NCBI GenBank assembly: GCA_016218585.1
Contig: JACRDK010000006.1
Span: 1,823-65,822, forward strand
Direction: 5' to 3'
Origin: Candidatus Doudnabacteria bacterium
GTDB lineage: Bacteria > Patescibacteriota > Doudnabacteria > UBA920
DNA: 64,000 bases
A program made the position numbers and the translations under genes. The notes under the pieces were generated by a model that was given only the letters and a program-made list of their open reading frames with translations, had not been told where the DNA came from and did no database searches. This document shows positions 1 to 9,145 of this stretch, one piece after another (position 1 is the stretch's first letter; each line of letters starts with the position of its first letter).

Positions 1-1
1 A

Positions 2-610
2 GCAAGCACAGAAATTCAAATTATAAGCTTGGGTAAAGTTTTTTATATCAAGTTGCCGGACATTGCGATCTTAAAAGAAATCTTGCCGGACCCCAGCGTG
101 TCTTGGATTAAGTTGGATTTAGATTCCATTGAAAAATATATTACTGAACAAATGCCGGCAGGAACCGCCAGTTCCACAAATTCACTTTCGTCTAACCTTG
201 AACTGCGAAACAAAGTGGTAAAAATTTGGCGCGACGCAAAAATTTTAAATCCTGGTTCAAAAGCGGTAAGGGAAGTTATAGACCAGACTCCGGTTTTTCG
301 CTTAGAGCCCAGTGTAGATTCGGAAAAACTTACGGAAGCGGTAATAAATTCTATTAATACAATTCAAAGCTACCAGGGTTCCGCCGATTTAAAACTTACA
401 GATGACCAAAAAAAAGCCATTGCTGCATTGGTTGAAAAATTTAAAGTAAAGAGCCTTAAACTTTGGGTGGGGCAAAAAGACTATAAACTTTACAAAATTC
501 AGGTTCAAATTGCGGCGCCGTCGATTAAAGACGCAGTTCAACTAACGCCGCGGACTACATTCCGGCGCTTAGCTCTGCCAGAAATAAAAGCCGCGATGCC
601 AAACGAATAG
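2..610 (+). CDS. hypothetical protein, 5' partial (reading frame open to the window start)
   Basis: Frame-2 ORF with no stop from position 2. No recognisable domain. Its 3' end abuts the pilin-like repeat ORF in the -1 frame. Confidence 0.4.
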   Translation, partial: ASTEIQIISLGKVFYIKLPDIAILKEILPDPSVSWIKLDLDSIEKYITEQMPAGTASSTNSLSSNLELRNKVVKIWRDAKILNPGSKAVREVIDQTPVFRLEPSVDSEKLTEAVINSINTIQSYQGSADLKLTDDQKKAIAALVEKFKVKSLKLWVGQKDYKLYKIQVQIAAPSIKDAVQLTPRTTFRRLALPEIKAAMPNE

Positions 611-624
611 CTGACATTAGGCAA

Positions 625-1434
625 TTGGCAACGGCTTTGGAATTGTATGCCTATGACAATAATGGCTATCCGGAAGGGCAAAATGGAATTCCTTTAAATT
701 TATCGCCAACCTACATTGGTGAAATGCCTGTTGCGCCTACTCCGGCGGACGGAAAATGTACCGACTACTATAACTCTTACTGGTACACGCCAACCGGCAA
801 GCCAACAGTGCGTGGAAACAAAAATGTTTACCCAAATTATGAAATAACCTTCTGCTTAGGAGGGATCACGGGAGGTTATGGGGCCGGCATTGCCAAACTC
901 ACAATGAACGGCATAGAAGCTTCGATTGAATGTCCGTCGACAAAAGAAAATTGCGAAAAATCAACTGAAGCCGAGAGCCAGCAAACCCTTGAAGAGATTA
1001 AACAAATGGACTTTGGGGCGGAAATTTCCTACGAAGCCACCTTTAAAGATTACGGCGTAAACAAAGAATTAACCGCGCCGCAAAATTCACTGGATATTTT
1101 AGAACTAATCACAGGCGCGCTTGGCCAAGCCAAGAGCCAATCCGCGGATGCTAAAAGATTGGCTGACATGAGACAACTAGCCGCCGCCTTAGAATTATAT
1201 TTTATCGACTACAATGCTTATCCGGACAACCTTTCAAAAATGGCCCCTATGTATATAGGCGTTATACCAACCGCTCCGGTCCCTGCCGGAGGGGCCTGCA
1301 GCGAACAGGACAATTCCTATGCTTACACATCTGCAAATCATCAGAATTACCAATTAACCTTTTGCCTAGGGTCGGCTACAGGCGGTTACGCCGCGGGAAA
1401 ACATACGCTCACCGAAGCAGGAATAAGCAACTAA
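625..1434 (+). CDS. pilin-like (pseudopilin C-terminal domain) tandem-repeat protein; start unclear, possibly frameshifted continuation of upstream ORF
   Basis: Motif DAKR(I/L)AD(I/M)RQLA(T/A)ALELY..YP occurs three times in this frame: at 586-660 (upstream of the only candidate start, a TTG at 625), at residue ~1, and at residue ~170. The frame is open back to 529 without an ATG. No hydrophobic prepilin helix is present. Confidence 0.45.
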   Translation: MATALELYAYDNNGYPEGQNGIPLNLSPTYIGEMPVAPTPADGKCTDYYNSYWYTPTGKPTVRGNKNVYPNYEITFCLGGITGGYGAGIAKLTMNGIEASIECPSTKENCEKSTEAESQQTLEEIKQMDFGAEISYEATFKDYGVNKELTAPQNSLDILELITGALGQAKSQSADAKRLADMRQLAAALELYFIDYNAYPDNLSKMAPMYIGVIPTAPVPAGGACSEQDNSYAYTSANHQNYQLTFCLGSATGGYAAGKHTLTEAGISN

Positions 1435-2555
1435 TGTTAAATAATCAATATAGAACCTGGATAGAAATATCCCAAAAAGCAATAACACATAACTATAAAA
1501 CTTTTCGTTCGCTTGTAAATCCAAAAGTTAAATACTTAGCCGTAGTAAAGTCTAACGCCTACGGCCATGAGCTTATTGGCTTTGCAAAAGCCCAAAGCAA
1601 GTTGGGCGCAGACTTTTTGGGGGTGGATTCAATTACCGAGGCCAAAAGTTTAAGAGAGTCGGGCATTAAAAAACCAATCTTGGTTTTGGGTTATACATTG
1701 CCTATTCATTTTGGTTTGGCGGAAAAATATAAAATTTCCTTAACTATATCAAGCGCTCAAGGACTTACGGCTTTAATTAAAAGCGGAAAAAAAGTAAAAA
1801 TTCATTTAAAGCTCGATACCGGCATGCATCGCCAAGGATTTTTTGTGAACGATTTGGAAAAAGTTTGCGAGCTGCTGAATCAACATTCAAAAATTTTAGT
1901 GGAAGGGGTTTATACTCATTTTGCAAGCGCAAAAAAACCGGACTCGCATAACGAAACAGAAAAACAAATTCTCCAATTCAAACAAGCTGTTTCAATTATT
2001 AGAGCGGCCGGGTTTTCTCCAATCACTCATGCCGCGGCAACGGCCGGAACTTTAAATTATCCGGAGGCTCATTTTGACATGGTCCGCATTGGCATTGGCA
2101 TGTATGGCTTATGGCCTTCGCCCGAGACCCAAAAAGTAATGGAGAAAAAATATCCGCTTTTGCCTGCGTTGACCTGGAAAAGTATTATTTCTGAAGCCAA
2201 ATGGGTTGAAAAAGGGGAGAAAGTAGGCTATGATTACACGGAAACACTGCAAATGAAATCTTTGCTTGCCGTAGTGCCAATTGGCTATTGGCATGGCTAT
2301 TGGCGCGCCTTTTCAGGCAAGGCTAGCGTTTTAGCAGGTGGCAAACGCTGCAAAGTTGTAGGCAGGATTGCTATGGATATGATAGTGATTGATATAACAG
2401 GAGTTCCCAAAGTCAAAGCAGGGGATGAAGTCGTGCTAATTGGCAAGCAAGGCAAAGAAGAAATATCCGCCGGAGAATTAGCTCAATTGGCAGGAACAAC
2501 GCACTACGAAGTTGTAACCAGGCTGAACCCGTTAATTAAAAAAGTGTATTTATAG
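1434..2555 (+). CDS. alr: alanine racemase
   Basis: VVKSNAYGHE (PLP-lysine region) and overall Alr length/architecture. Start taken at the ATG overlapping the upstream stop (TAATG). Confidence 0.85.
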   Translation: MLNNQYRTWIEISQKAITHNYKTFRSLVNPKVKYLAVVKSNAYGHELIGFAKAQSKLGADFLGVDSITEAKSLRESGIKKPILVLGYTLPIHFGLAEKYKISLTISSAQGLTALIKSGKKVKIHLKLDTGMHRQGFFVNDLEKVCELLNQHSKILVEGVYTHFASAKKPDSHNETEKQILQFKQAVSIIRAAGFSPITHAAATAGTLNYPEAHFDMVRIGIGMYGLWPSPETQKVMEKKYPLLPALTWKSIISEAKWVEKGEKVGYDYTETLQMKSLLAVVPIGYWHGYWRAFSGKASVLAGGKRCKVVGRIAMDMIVIDITGVPKVKAGDEVVLIGKQGKEEISAGELAQLAGTTHYEVVTRLNPLIKKVYL

Positions 2556-2703
2556 TTCACTATATTACTATATTGTATGATAGTGGCAGAAGATAGCAAA
2601 TTGGTTATTTTTGCTGAAGCCCTCGACAAGTCGGGATTATTTGCTAGGCTGCCCGCAGACGTAGTTAAATTGATAGACAAAGAATCGGCCCGTTAAATAT
2701 TTT

Positions 2704-2779
2704 GCCGGCTTAGCTCATCTGGTAGAGCAGCGGTATCGTAAACCGCAGGTGGTCGGTTCAAGTCCGACAGCCGGCTCCA
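2704..2779 (+). tRNA. tRNA-Thr (anticodon CGT)
   Basis: Cloverleaf GCCGGCT...AGCCGGC+T+CCA. Anticodon loop ATCGTAA. T-loop GGTTCAAGTCC. Confidence 0.8.
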
Positions 2780-2796
2780 TATTTAACTGGCTGAAC

Positions 2797-2814
2797 AAAC
2801 CACAGGTGGTTTTA
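2797..2814 (+). terminator. hairpin aaaccacAGGtggtttt after tRNA-Thr
   Basis: Short GC/AT stem followed by T-run. Confidence 0.35.
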
Positions 2815-2852
2815 TAAATCACTAAGCTAGGGTTATATCTGCAAAAAAATAT

Positions 2853-3461
2853 ATGAATTTCTTTCCTAAATCAGCAAAAAAAGTTTTTCAAGGAATAATT
2901 TTTGACGTATATCAGTGGCCGCAAAAAATGTTTGACGGTTCAGTTGCAACTTTTGAGCGAGTTATTAGGCAGGGAACAGTGGTAATAATTCCAACTGTAG
3001 GAAACAAAGTTGTAATGGTTAGGCAAAAGCAGCCCGGCACAGACTGGTATTACGATCTCCCTAGCGGCAGAATGGATAAAAAAGGGGAAAGCCCAAAAAA
3101 CGCCGCCTTGCGTGAACTTTTGGAAGAAACCGGCCTTAAACCAAAAACTATTAAACTTTGGAAGACTTACAGCCCGAGCGGCAAAGTTGTCCAAAAGGTT
3201 TACTTCTTTGTTGCCCAAGATTGCCAGAAGGTTGCTGAGCAAAAGCTTGATCCAGGGGAAAAAATTACAGTTGAATACAAAACTTTTGACGAGTTTTTAA
3301 AGCTTACCGATAATGAGAAGTGTTTTTTGGGGCCATTAATGATAGATGCGCTGCTTGCCAGAATCCACAGGCAAAACTACAAATATTTGAAGGACTCTTT
3401 CTTTAAATCTTGGAAAACAGCCCCAAAGTTCCCAAAAAACGGGCCAAAGAGTAATTGGTAG
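2853..3461 (+). CDS. NUDIX hydrolase
   Basis: Nudix box GESPKNAALRELLEETGL. Confidence 0.8.
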   Translation: MNFFPKSAKKVFQGIIFDVYQWPQKMFDGSVATFERVIRQGTVVIIPTVGNKVVMVRQKQPGTDWYYDLPSGRMDKKGESPKNAALRELLEETGLKPKTIKLWKTYSPSGKVVQKVYFFVAQDCQKVAEQKLDPGEKITVEYKTFDEFLKLTDNEKCFLGPLMIDALLARIHRQNYKYLKDSFFKSWKTAPKFPKNGPKSNW

Positions 3462-3533
3462 CAATTTGTCAAGAGCCCTTCCTTTGGCGACCCTTGACTA
3501 AAAGCCCTATTTTATATATTCTAAACGCGCTAA

Positions 3534-3794
3534 ATGCAAAATTTTCCTGAAGTGCCGGAGAAAAAACCGGAAAAAAGCAAACAACAAAAAGCAGGCATGT
3601 TGCTGGTTGAAGCCGGCACCGAATTTGCCGTTATGATAGGCCTGCCTTTAATCGGTTTTATCTTTTTAGGCAAATGGCTTGATACTAAGTATCAACACCG
3701 TTTTTTTGTTGTTATAGGGATATTTTTGGCAATCGCCTTAAGTTCCTACATGATTTATAAAAAAATTCAACAAATTAAAGATTTATTGAAATAA
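3534..3794 (+). CDS. AtpZ/AtpI-like small membrane protein at head of atp operon
   Basis: 86 aa, two predicted TM helices, position immediately upstream of atpB. Confidence 0.45.
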   Translation: MQNFPEVPEKKPEKSKQQKAGMLLVEAGTEFAVMIGLPLIGFIFLGKWLDTKYQHRFFVVIGIFLAIALSSYMIYKKIQQIKDLLK

Positions 3795-4657
3795 TGTTAT
3801 TTTTACCCCCACTTAAAGCAGAAATACTATTCCAGATCGCAGGATTTCCCATTACTAACGCAATGGTAAATTCAATTTTGGCAACTGTATTGTTGGCAAT
3901 TTTTGCTTTCTTTTTAAACAAAGGGGTTAAAAAATACTACCCCAAAGGAAAAGCTCCTAAGGGTGTTTTGAATTTTTTTGAAGCAATTTTGGAATTTTTG
4001 CTCGGATATATTGATGGAGTTACCAAAGACAGAAAAAAAAGCTTAAAGTTCCTGCCGATTGTCGGCGGCTTGTTCCTGTTTATTTTAATCTCCAACTGGA
4101 TGGGACTACTTCCGGGCACGGGATCAATTGGTTTTTGGCATGGCGAAGAATTAGTGCCGTTGCTGCGGCCGGCTAATACCGATTTAAATATGACTTTGTC
4201 TATGGCCGTATTTGCGGTAATTTTGTCACACGTTTTTGGAGTGTTTACAATAGGCTTCTTTAAGTACGCCAACAAGTTTATAAAGCTTGGCGATTTGTAT
4301 CACGCTGTAGCCAGTTTGAACCCAATGAAAATGATGGTTGCCTTTATAGAATTTTTCGTTGGTTTAATTGAAATCTTCTCCGAGGGCGCGAAGATGGTTT
4401 CTTTGTCCTTGAGACTTTTCGGTAATATTTTTGCCGGTGAAGTTTTGCTCACGGTTATTGGTTCCTTAATTTCAGGCTATGGCGCATTTTTTATTCCTTT
4501 GCCGTTTATGGCTCTAGAATTAATAGTGGGAGTTGTTCAAGCTACCGTTTTTTCCATGCTTACTTTGGTTTATTTAACCATAGCCACAACCCCTGTTACA
4601 GACCACGCCGAAACGCATCATGTTGAAGCGGCGGAAGATCAAACTCCAACGGTATAA
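3794..4657 (+). CDS. atpB: F0F1 ATP synthase subunit a
   Basis: Conserved LRLFGNIFAGE...motif and polytopic membrane profile. Confidence 0.9.
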   Translation: MLFLPPLKAEILFQIAGFPITNAMVNSILATVLLAIFAFFLNKGVKKYYPKGKAPKGVLNFFEAILEFLLGYIDGVTKDRKKSLKFLPIVGGLFLFILISNWMGLLPGTGSIGFWHGEELVPLLRPANTDLNMTLSMAVFAVILSHVFGVFTIGFFKYANKFIKLGDLYHAVASLNPMKMMVAFIEFFVGLIEIFSEGAKMVSLSLRLFGNIFAGEVLLTVIGSLISGYGAFFIPLPFMALELIVGVVQATVFSMLTLVYLTIATTPVTDHAETHHVEAAEDQTPTV

Positions 4658-4823
4658 ATGCGAATCTACAAATGCCTATTGAACTAAATCAGTAGCCATC
4701 CGTAGATCCGGATTTAATTTACAAATCTTGATCGGAAAATAATTCATCATTCACTTCCAGGCGACGTTAAACAAATTTCAAAAAAATTGTCGACCAAAAA
4801 GTGAACAAGAAAGGGTTTATACT

Positions 4824-5042
4824 ATGGAAGCAGAAGCAATAACAGTATTGGCGAAAGCCGCAACTATCGCAATCGGCGGTATTGCCCCAGCCATTGCAAT
4901 TGGTAAAACTGCCAGCAAAGCTATGGAATCCATTGGCCGCAATCCGGAAAGCGCCGACAAATTGTTCGTCCCGCTGCTCTTGGGTATGGCTTTTGCCGAA
5001 GCTATCGCTATTTACGCGTTAGTCGTCACTTTCACACTTTAG
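4824..5042 (+). CDS. atpE: F0F1 ATP synthase subunit c
   Basis: 72-aa two-helix proteolipid, GxGxGxG-like AIGGIAPAIAIG and conserved acidic residue in helix 2. Confidence 0.9.
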   Translation: MEAEAITVLAKAATIAIGGIAPAIAIGKTASKAMESIGRNPESADKLFVPLLLGMAFAEAIAIYALVVTFTL

Positions 5043-5084
5043 TTTTAGATAAGTGGGTGGGATTCGTCCTGCCCATCAATTTAC

Positions 5085-5200
5085 AACTTAACTCGATCCG
5101 AATGTTTCGAATTATATCCGAATGCCCCGAATGGGAGCATTAGGATAACCTGCCTACCGGCAGGCAGGTTCGATGGCATTCGTAGATTAGAATCGTATTT
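5085..5200. repeat. CCGAAT/ATTCGG-word repeat element containing the 20-bp palindrome CCTGCCTACCGGCAGGCAGG (5149-5168)
   Basis: Related copies at 30244-30295 and 62985-63050. Palindrome copies at 27713-27732, 28731-28750, 53061-53080. Confidence 0.55.
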
Positions 5201-5202
5201 TT

Positions 5203-5757
5203 ATGAACTTACTTGATATTATTATTCCAATTGCCCACGCAGCGGAAGAACCGGCTGTTAAAGAAGGCGGCGTTGCCGTTTTAGGCATTAATTTAAAACT
5301 TTTCATAGCCCAACTAGTAAACTTTGCGGTAGTTTTGGGAATTTTGTGGAAATTTGTTTTCACCCCGGTTGCTAAACAGCTTCAGGCCAGAACAGAAAAA
5401 ATTGAAAAAGCAATGGCCGATGCCACCACCACCGAAAAAGAAAAACAGGAATTTGCGGTTTGGAAACAACAAGAAATTGCTAAAGTAAAAACAGAAGCCG
5501 GCAGCATTATTAGCAGCGCTCAAGCGGATGCCGGAAAAGTTAAGGAAGATTTGCTTAAACAGGCTAAAGAAGAACAGCAAAAGTTAATTGAACAGGGTAA
5601 GAAACAGATTGAACAGGAAAAAGCCCAAGCCTTACAGGCGGCAAAATCTGAATTGGCAGACATTATTACCACAGCAACAGAGAAGATACTTAGGGAAAAG
5701 TTAACTGGCGATAAGGACCAAAAACTTATCAAGGATTCTCTTAAAGATATTAAATAA
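5203..5757 (+). CDS. atpF: F0F1 ATP synthase subunit b
   Basis: N-terminal TM helix plus long charged coiled-coil, operon position. Confidence 0.8.
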   Translation: MNLLDIIIPIAHAAEEPAVKEGGVAVLGINLKLFIAQLVNFAVVLGILWKFVFTPVAKQLQARTEKIEKAMADATTTEKEKQEFAVWKQQEIAKVKTEAGSIISSAQADAGKVKEDLLKQAKEEQQKLIEQGKKQIEQEKAQALQAAKSELADIITTATEKILREKLTGDKDQKLIKDSLKDIK

Positions 5758-5764
5758 GTTTGTA

Positions 5765-5895
5765 AAATTAACCTAATTTCTAATTATTCTAAGTGCCCTA
5801 AACAAATTCCAAGCTCCAAACCTCAAACTTTAGGCATTAAACATTAAGAATTATTTAGAATAATTAGGTCAATTAGACTAATTAGAATAATTTAT
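5765..5895. repeat. ~130-bp inverted-repeat (MITE-like) element, copy 1
   Basis: Arms aaattaacctaattNNtaattattYtaagtgcYctaaaYaaa / ttatttagRataattaggtcaattagaMtaattaRaataattta are conserved with 10973-11104; the middle has diverged. Confidence 0.55.
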
Positions 5896-5896
5896 T

Positions 5897-6289
5897 ATGA
5901 AGTTCTCCTCCCAACAATACGCCCAAGCTCTTTACGACGCGGTTCACGAAACGAGCTCAAAAGACCACGATGTGGTTTTAGACAATTTTGTGAAGATTCT
6001 TGCCCAAGCCGGGGATTTAAATAAATATCCGGAGATTGAAAAAGAATATCACTTGCTGGAAATGAAAGAAAAGGGGATTAGCAGCGCGGAAGTTACGGTA
6101 GCTAAAGACATAGAAATTAACTCAGCGCTGATTGGCCAACTAAATGAGATTATCGGCAACAAAGTTGAAGTGAAAAAGAAAGTGGATGAAGGAATTGTTG
6201 GCGGAGTTGTGGTAAGAGTCGACGACACGCTAATAGACGCAAGCATAAAAACTCAGCTAGAAAGTTTAAATTCCGAATTAAAATCATAA
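5897..6289 (+). CDS. atpH: F0F1 ATP synthase subunit delta (short, 130 aa)
   Basis: Operon position between b and alpha. C-terminal VVGGVVVRVDDTLIDASI matches the delta C-terminal region. Confidence 0.7.
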   Translation: MKFSSQQYAQALYDAVHETSSKDHDVVLDNFVKILAQAGDLNKYPEIEKEYHLLEMKEKGISSAEVTVAKDIEINSALIGQLNEIIGNKVEVKKKVDEGIVGGVVVRVDDTLIDASIKTQLESLNSELKS

Positions 6290-6293
6290 ATTT

Positions 6294-6551
6294 ATGACTT
6301 CACCAGAAAAGGGTTCGTCTCCAGAATTTTCAGAACTTATTCCGGGTACACCTGTAAGAATAAAGGGTACTAGTGAACACCATATAAACCACGAATTTTT
6401 GCTTAATGGGATTACGGGTGTAGTTGTTGAGGTAAAGAATGACAAAGTTTTTGTCGCTTACAGAATACCAGGTGATTCAATACGAAGAGATAAAGCGCAA
6501 GAAACAATTCAACCTTTTGATCGCAGCGAAATTGAAGAAATTATTTCATAA
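6294..6551 (+). CDS. hypothetical protein inserted between atpH and atpA
   Basis: 85-aa ORF, tightly packed (5 nt after atpH stop). No recognised domain. Confidence 0.45.
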   Translation: MTSPEKGSSPEFSELIPGTPVRIKGTSEHHINHEFLLNGITGVVVEVKNDKVFVAYRIPGDSIRRDKAQETIQPFDRSEIEEIIS

Positions 6552-6689
6552 ATCTTATATCTTAAATCCTAAACGACAATCATTAATTATTAAAATATAG
6601 TTGTCGTCCTGAGCGAAGCGAAGGATCCCTTAATAAAGAGATTCCTCACTGCGTTCGGAATGACGCCGAGGATATTAATAAAAAATTTT

Positions 6690-8186
6690 ATGGCTCAAAA
6701 TATTGTAGAACAATTGAAAACTAAAATAACCGCCTTTCAACCGGGTGCGAAGGTTGAAAAAGTTGGCACGGTTTTGGAAGTTGGCGACGGCGTAGCTCGC
6801 GTTAGCGGCCTTACTCAGGTTGCCAGCATGGAAATGTTGGATTTTGGCAACGAAACTTTTGGCGTGGCGCTGAACTTAGAAGAAAACTTAATCGGTAGCA
6901 TTATTTTAGGCGACTATTTGCAAATTAAGGTTGGCGACACTGTTCGCGCCACCGGCAAAATTCTTTCTGTTCCGGTTGGTGAAAACTTAATTGGCAGAAC
7001 TGTCGGCGCATTGGGAAACCCGAAAGACGGCAAAGGCGCCATTGAAGCCAAGGCTTTTTATCCTGTAGAAAAAATTGCTCCCGGAGTTATTACCCGCCAA
7101 GGCGTAAGAGAGCCGGTGCAAACCGGAATTAAAGCCATTGACGCTCTTATCCCTATTGGCAGAGGCCAGCGTGAGCTTATAATTGGCGACAGACAGACCG
7201 GAAAGACCGCGGTAGCCATAGATGCCATCATCAACCAAAAAGGCCAGAATATGACCTGTATTTACGTTGCTATTGGGCAAAAAGAAAGCAAGGTTGCAAA
7301 AATTGTGGCCGAATTGGAAAAAAATGGCGCAATGGAATACACGATAGTTGTTTCCGCTTCCGCTTCTGAGCCGGCAGCATTGTCTTACATTGCTCCTTAC
7401 GCGGCAACCGCTATGGGCGAATATTTTATGGATCAGGGAAAAGACGTTTTGGTTGTATACGATGATTTGTCCAAACAAGCCGTAGCTTACCGTGAAATTT
7501 CTTTGCTCCTCCGCAGACCGCCGGGAAGAGAAGCTTATCCCGGAGATGTGTTCTATCTCCACTCACGCTTGCTGGAACGCGCTGCTAAATTGAATCCTGA
7601 TTTTGGGGGTGGTTCATTAACTGCTTTGCCAATTATTGAAACTCAAGCCGGAGATATTTCCGCTTACATTCCGACCAATGTTATTTCCATTACCGACGGG
7701 CAGATCTTTTTAGAAACAGATTTGTTTTATAAAGGCGTGCGCCCGGCTTTAAATGTTGGGTTCTCCGTGTCCCGCGTAGGAAGCGCGGCCCAAACCAAGG
7801 CAATGAAAAAAGTTGCCGGTAAATTAAAATTATCCTTGGCGCAATTCCGTGAATTGGAAGCCTTTGCCCAATTTGGATCTGACTTGGATGAAAACACAAA
7901 GCGTACTTTAGACTTAGGACGCAGAATGACAGAAATTTTAAAGCAGCCGCAATACCAGCCTTATTCCTTGGAAAAACAAGTTACTATTATGTATGCGGTT
8001 AACAACGGCTTATTCAATGAAGTTCCAGTAGAAAAAATGCCGGAGACTGAAAAAGCTTTTCACAAATATATGGAAGTTCAGGGCAAAGATGTCTTAAAAG
8101 CCATCCGTGAGACCAAAGAGCTTACCGAAGACACCGAGAACAAGCTGAAAGAAGCAATCAGCAACTTTTTGCAAACAGTAAAGTAA
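6690..8186 (+). CDS. atpA: F0F1 ATP synthase subunit alpha
   Basis: Walker A GDRQTGKT and alpha signature. Start set at the internal ATG (MAQNIVEQ), 30 nt downstream of the ORF-track start. Confidence 0.9.
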   Translation: MAQNIVEQLKTKITAFQPGAKVEKVGTVLEVGDGVARVSGLTQVASMEMLDFGNETFGVALNLEENLIGSIILGDYLQIKVGDTVRATGKILSVPVGENLIGRTVGALGNPKDGKGAIEAKAFYPVEKIAPGVITRQGVREPVQTGIKAIDALIPIGRGQRELIIGDRQTGKTAVAIDAIINQKGQNMTCIYVAIGQKESKVAKIVAELEKNGAMEYTIVVSASASEPAALSYIAPYAATAMGEYFMDQGKDVLVVYDDLSKQAVAYREISLLLRRPPGREAYPGDVFYLHSRLLERAAKLNPDFGGGSLTALPIIETQAGDISAYIPTNVISITDGQIFLETDLFYKGVRPALNVGFSVSRVGSAAQTKAMKKVAGKLKLSLAQFRELEAFAQFGSDLDENTKRTLDLGRRMTEILKQPQYQPYSLEKQVTIMYAVNNGLFNEVPVEKMPETEKAFHKYMEVQGKDVLKAIRETKELTEDTENKLKEAISNFLQTVK

Positions 8187-8266
8187 ATGACAAGATTGAC
8201 CAACAATGCCCTGCATAAAATCATGTCAATAATTTAAATCTTATTTAATCTTGTTCAATAGCCATT

Positions 8267-9142
8267 ATGCCCGGAATAAAAGAATTAAAAAACCGAATAA
8301 AAAGCATTGGTAGCACCCGTAAAATTACCCGTGCGATGCAAATGGTTTCCGCTGCCAAAATGCGCAAAGCCCAAAATGCAGCTCTAAACAGCCGCGTCTA
8401 TTCTGATTTAGCCTGGGAATTAATCCACAATTTGGCGCAAAAAACCCATTTAGAAAACCCTCTCCTGCAAGTTTTTCCAGAGGCAACAAAAACCGGGATA
8501 ATTGTTATTTCTACCAACAAAGGTTACGTAGGAAGTTTTAATACAAACCTGGCTAATAAGATAAAAGAAACGGAAGGCGTAGTAGAAAATGTAAATGCCG
8601 AACTGTTTGTGATGGGTAAAAAAATTAAAGAATACGCTGTCCGCTTAAACAAGAATTTGGCGGCAGATTTTCCAAAAAGCGACTCACTGGCCACGGTTGA
8701 AAGCATTTATCCGCTGGCAAAATTGGTAAGCGATCTTTACAAGACAGGGGAGTATAAATTTATTTCTATTGTCTTCAATAAATTTATTTCCACCATAAAC
8801 CAGAAGCCGGTAGCCAGACAATTATTGCCTTTTGCCGAAAGCTACATAAAAGATTCCCATTTTGTTGCCCCAAAAAATCCTCCCACGGAATATTTGTTTG
8901 AACCGGACCCTCATTTAGTTTTAGACAACCTTTTACCGAGAATTATTGAAAGCCAAATTTACCAGGCAATTCTGGAATCCGATGCCTCTGAACATTCCGC
9001 CCGTATGGTTACGATGAAAAACGCAACTGAAGCCGCTGAAGACTTAATTAGCGATTACACATTAACTTATAATCAGTTAAGACAGAATAAAATAACAACT
9101 GAGCTGGCGGAAATTACCGCCGGTAAAATTGCACTGGAGTAA
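8267..9142 (+). CDS. atpG: F0F1 ATP synthase subunit gamma
   Basis: N-terminal IKSIGSTRKITRAMQMVSAAKMRKAQ and C-terminal TAEL..I..G conserved helices. Confidence 0.85.
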   Translation: MPGIKELKNRIKSIGSTRKITRAMQMVSAAKMRKAQNAALNSRVYSDLAWELIHNLAQKTHLENPLLQVFPEATKTGIIVISTNKGYVGSFNTNLANKIKETEGVVENVNAELFVMGKKIKEYAVRLNKNLAADFPKSDSLATVESIYPLAKLVSDLYKTGEYKFISIVFNKFISTINQKPVARQLLPFAESYIKDSHFVAPKNPPTEYLFEPDPHLVLDNLLPRIIESQIYQAILESDASEHSARMVTMKNATEAAEDLISDYTLTYNQLRQNKITTELAEITAGKIALE

Positions 9143-9145
9143 GCT

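Noticed and set aside
625-627. TTG at 625 as a genuine start for the pilin-like protein
   Set aside because: It falls in the middle of a repeated domain (motif begins upstream at ~586) and the frame is open back to 529. It is more likely part of a disrupted larger gene.
2109-5732. Short antisense/overlapping ORFs from the track (2109-2294, 2940-3242, 3112-3300, 3937-4275, 5314-5580, 5520-5732)
   Set aside because: All lie within or antisense to well-supported genes (alr, NUDIX, atpB, atpF) and have low-complexity translations.
6987-7899. Minus-strand ORFs 6987-7562 and 7690-7899 inside atpA
   Set aside because: Antisense to a strongly supported atpA CDS; no domains; typical shadow ORFs.
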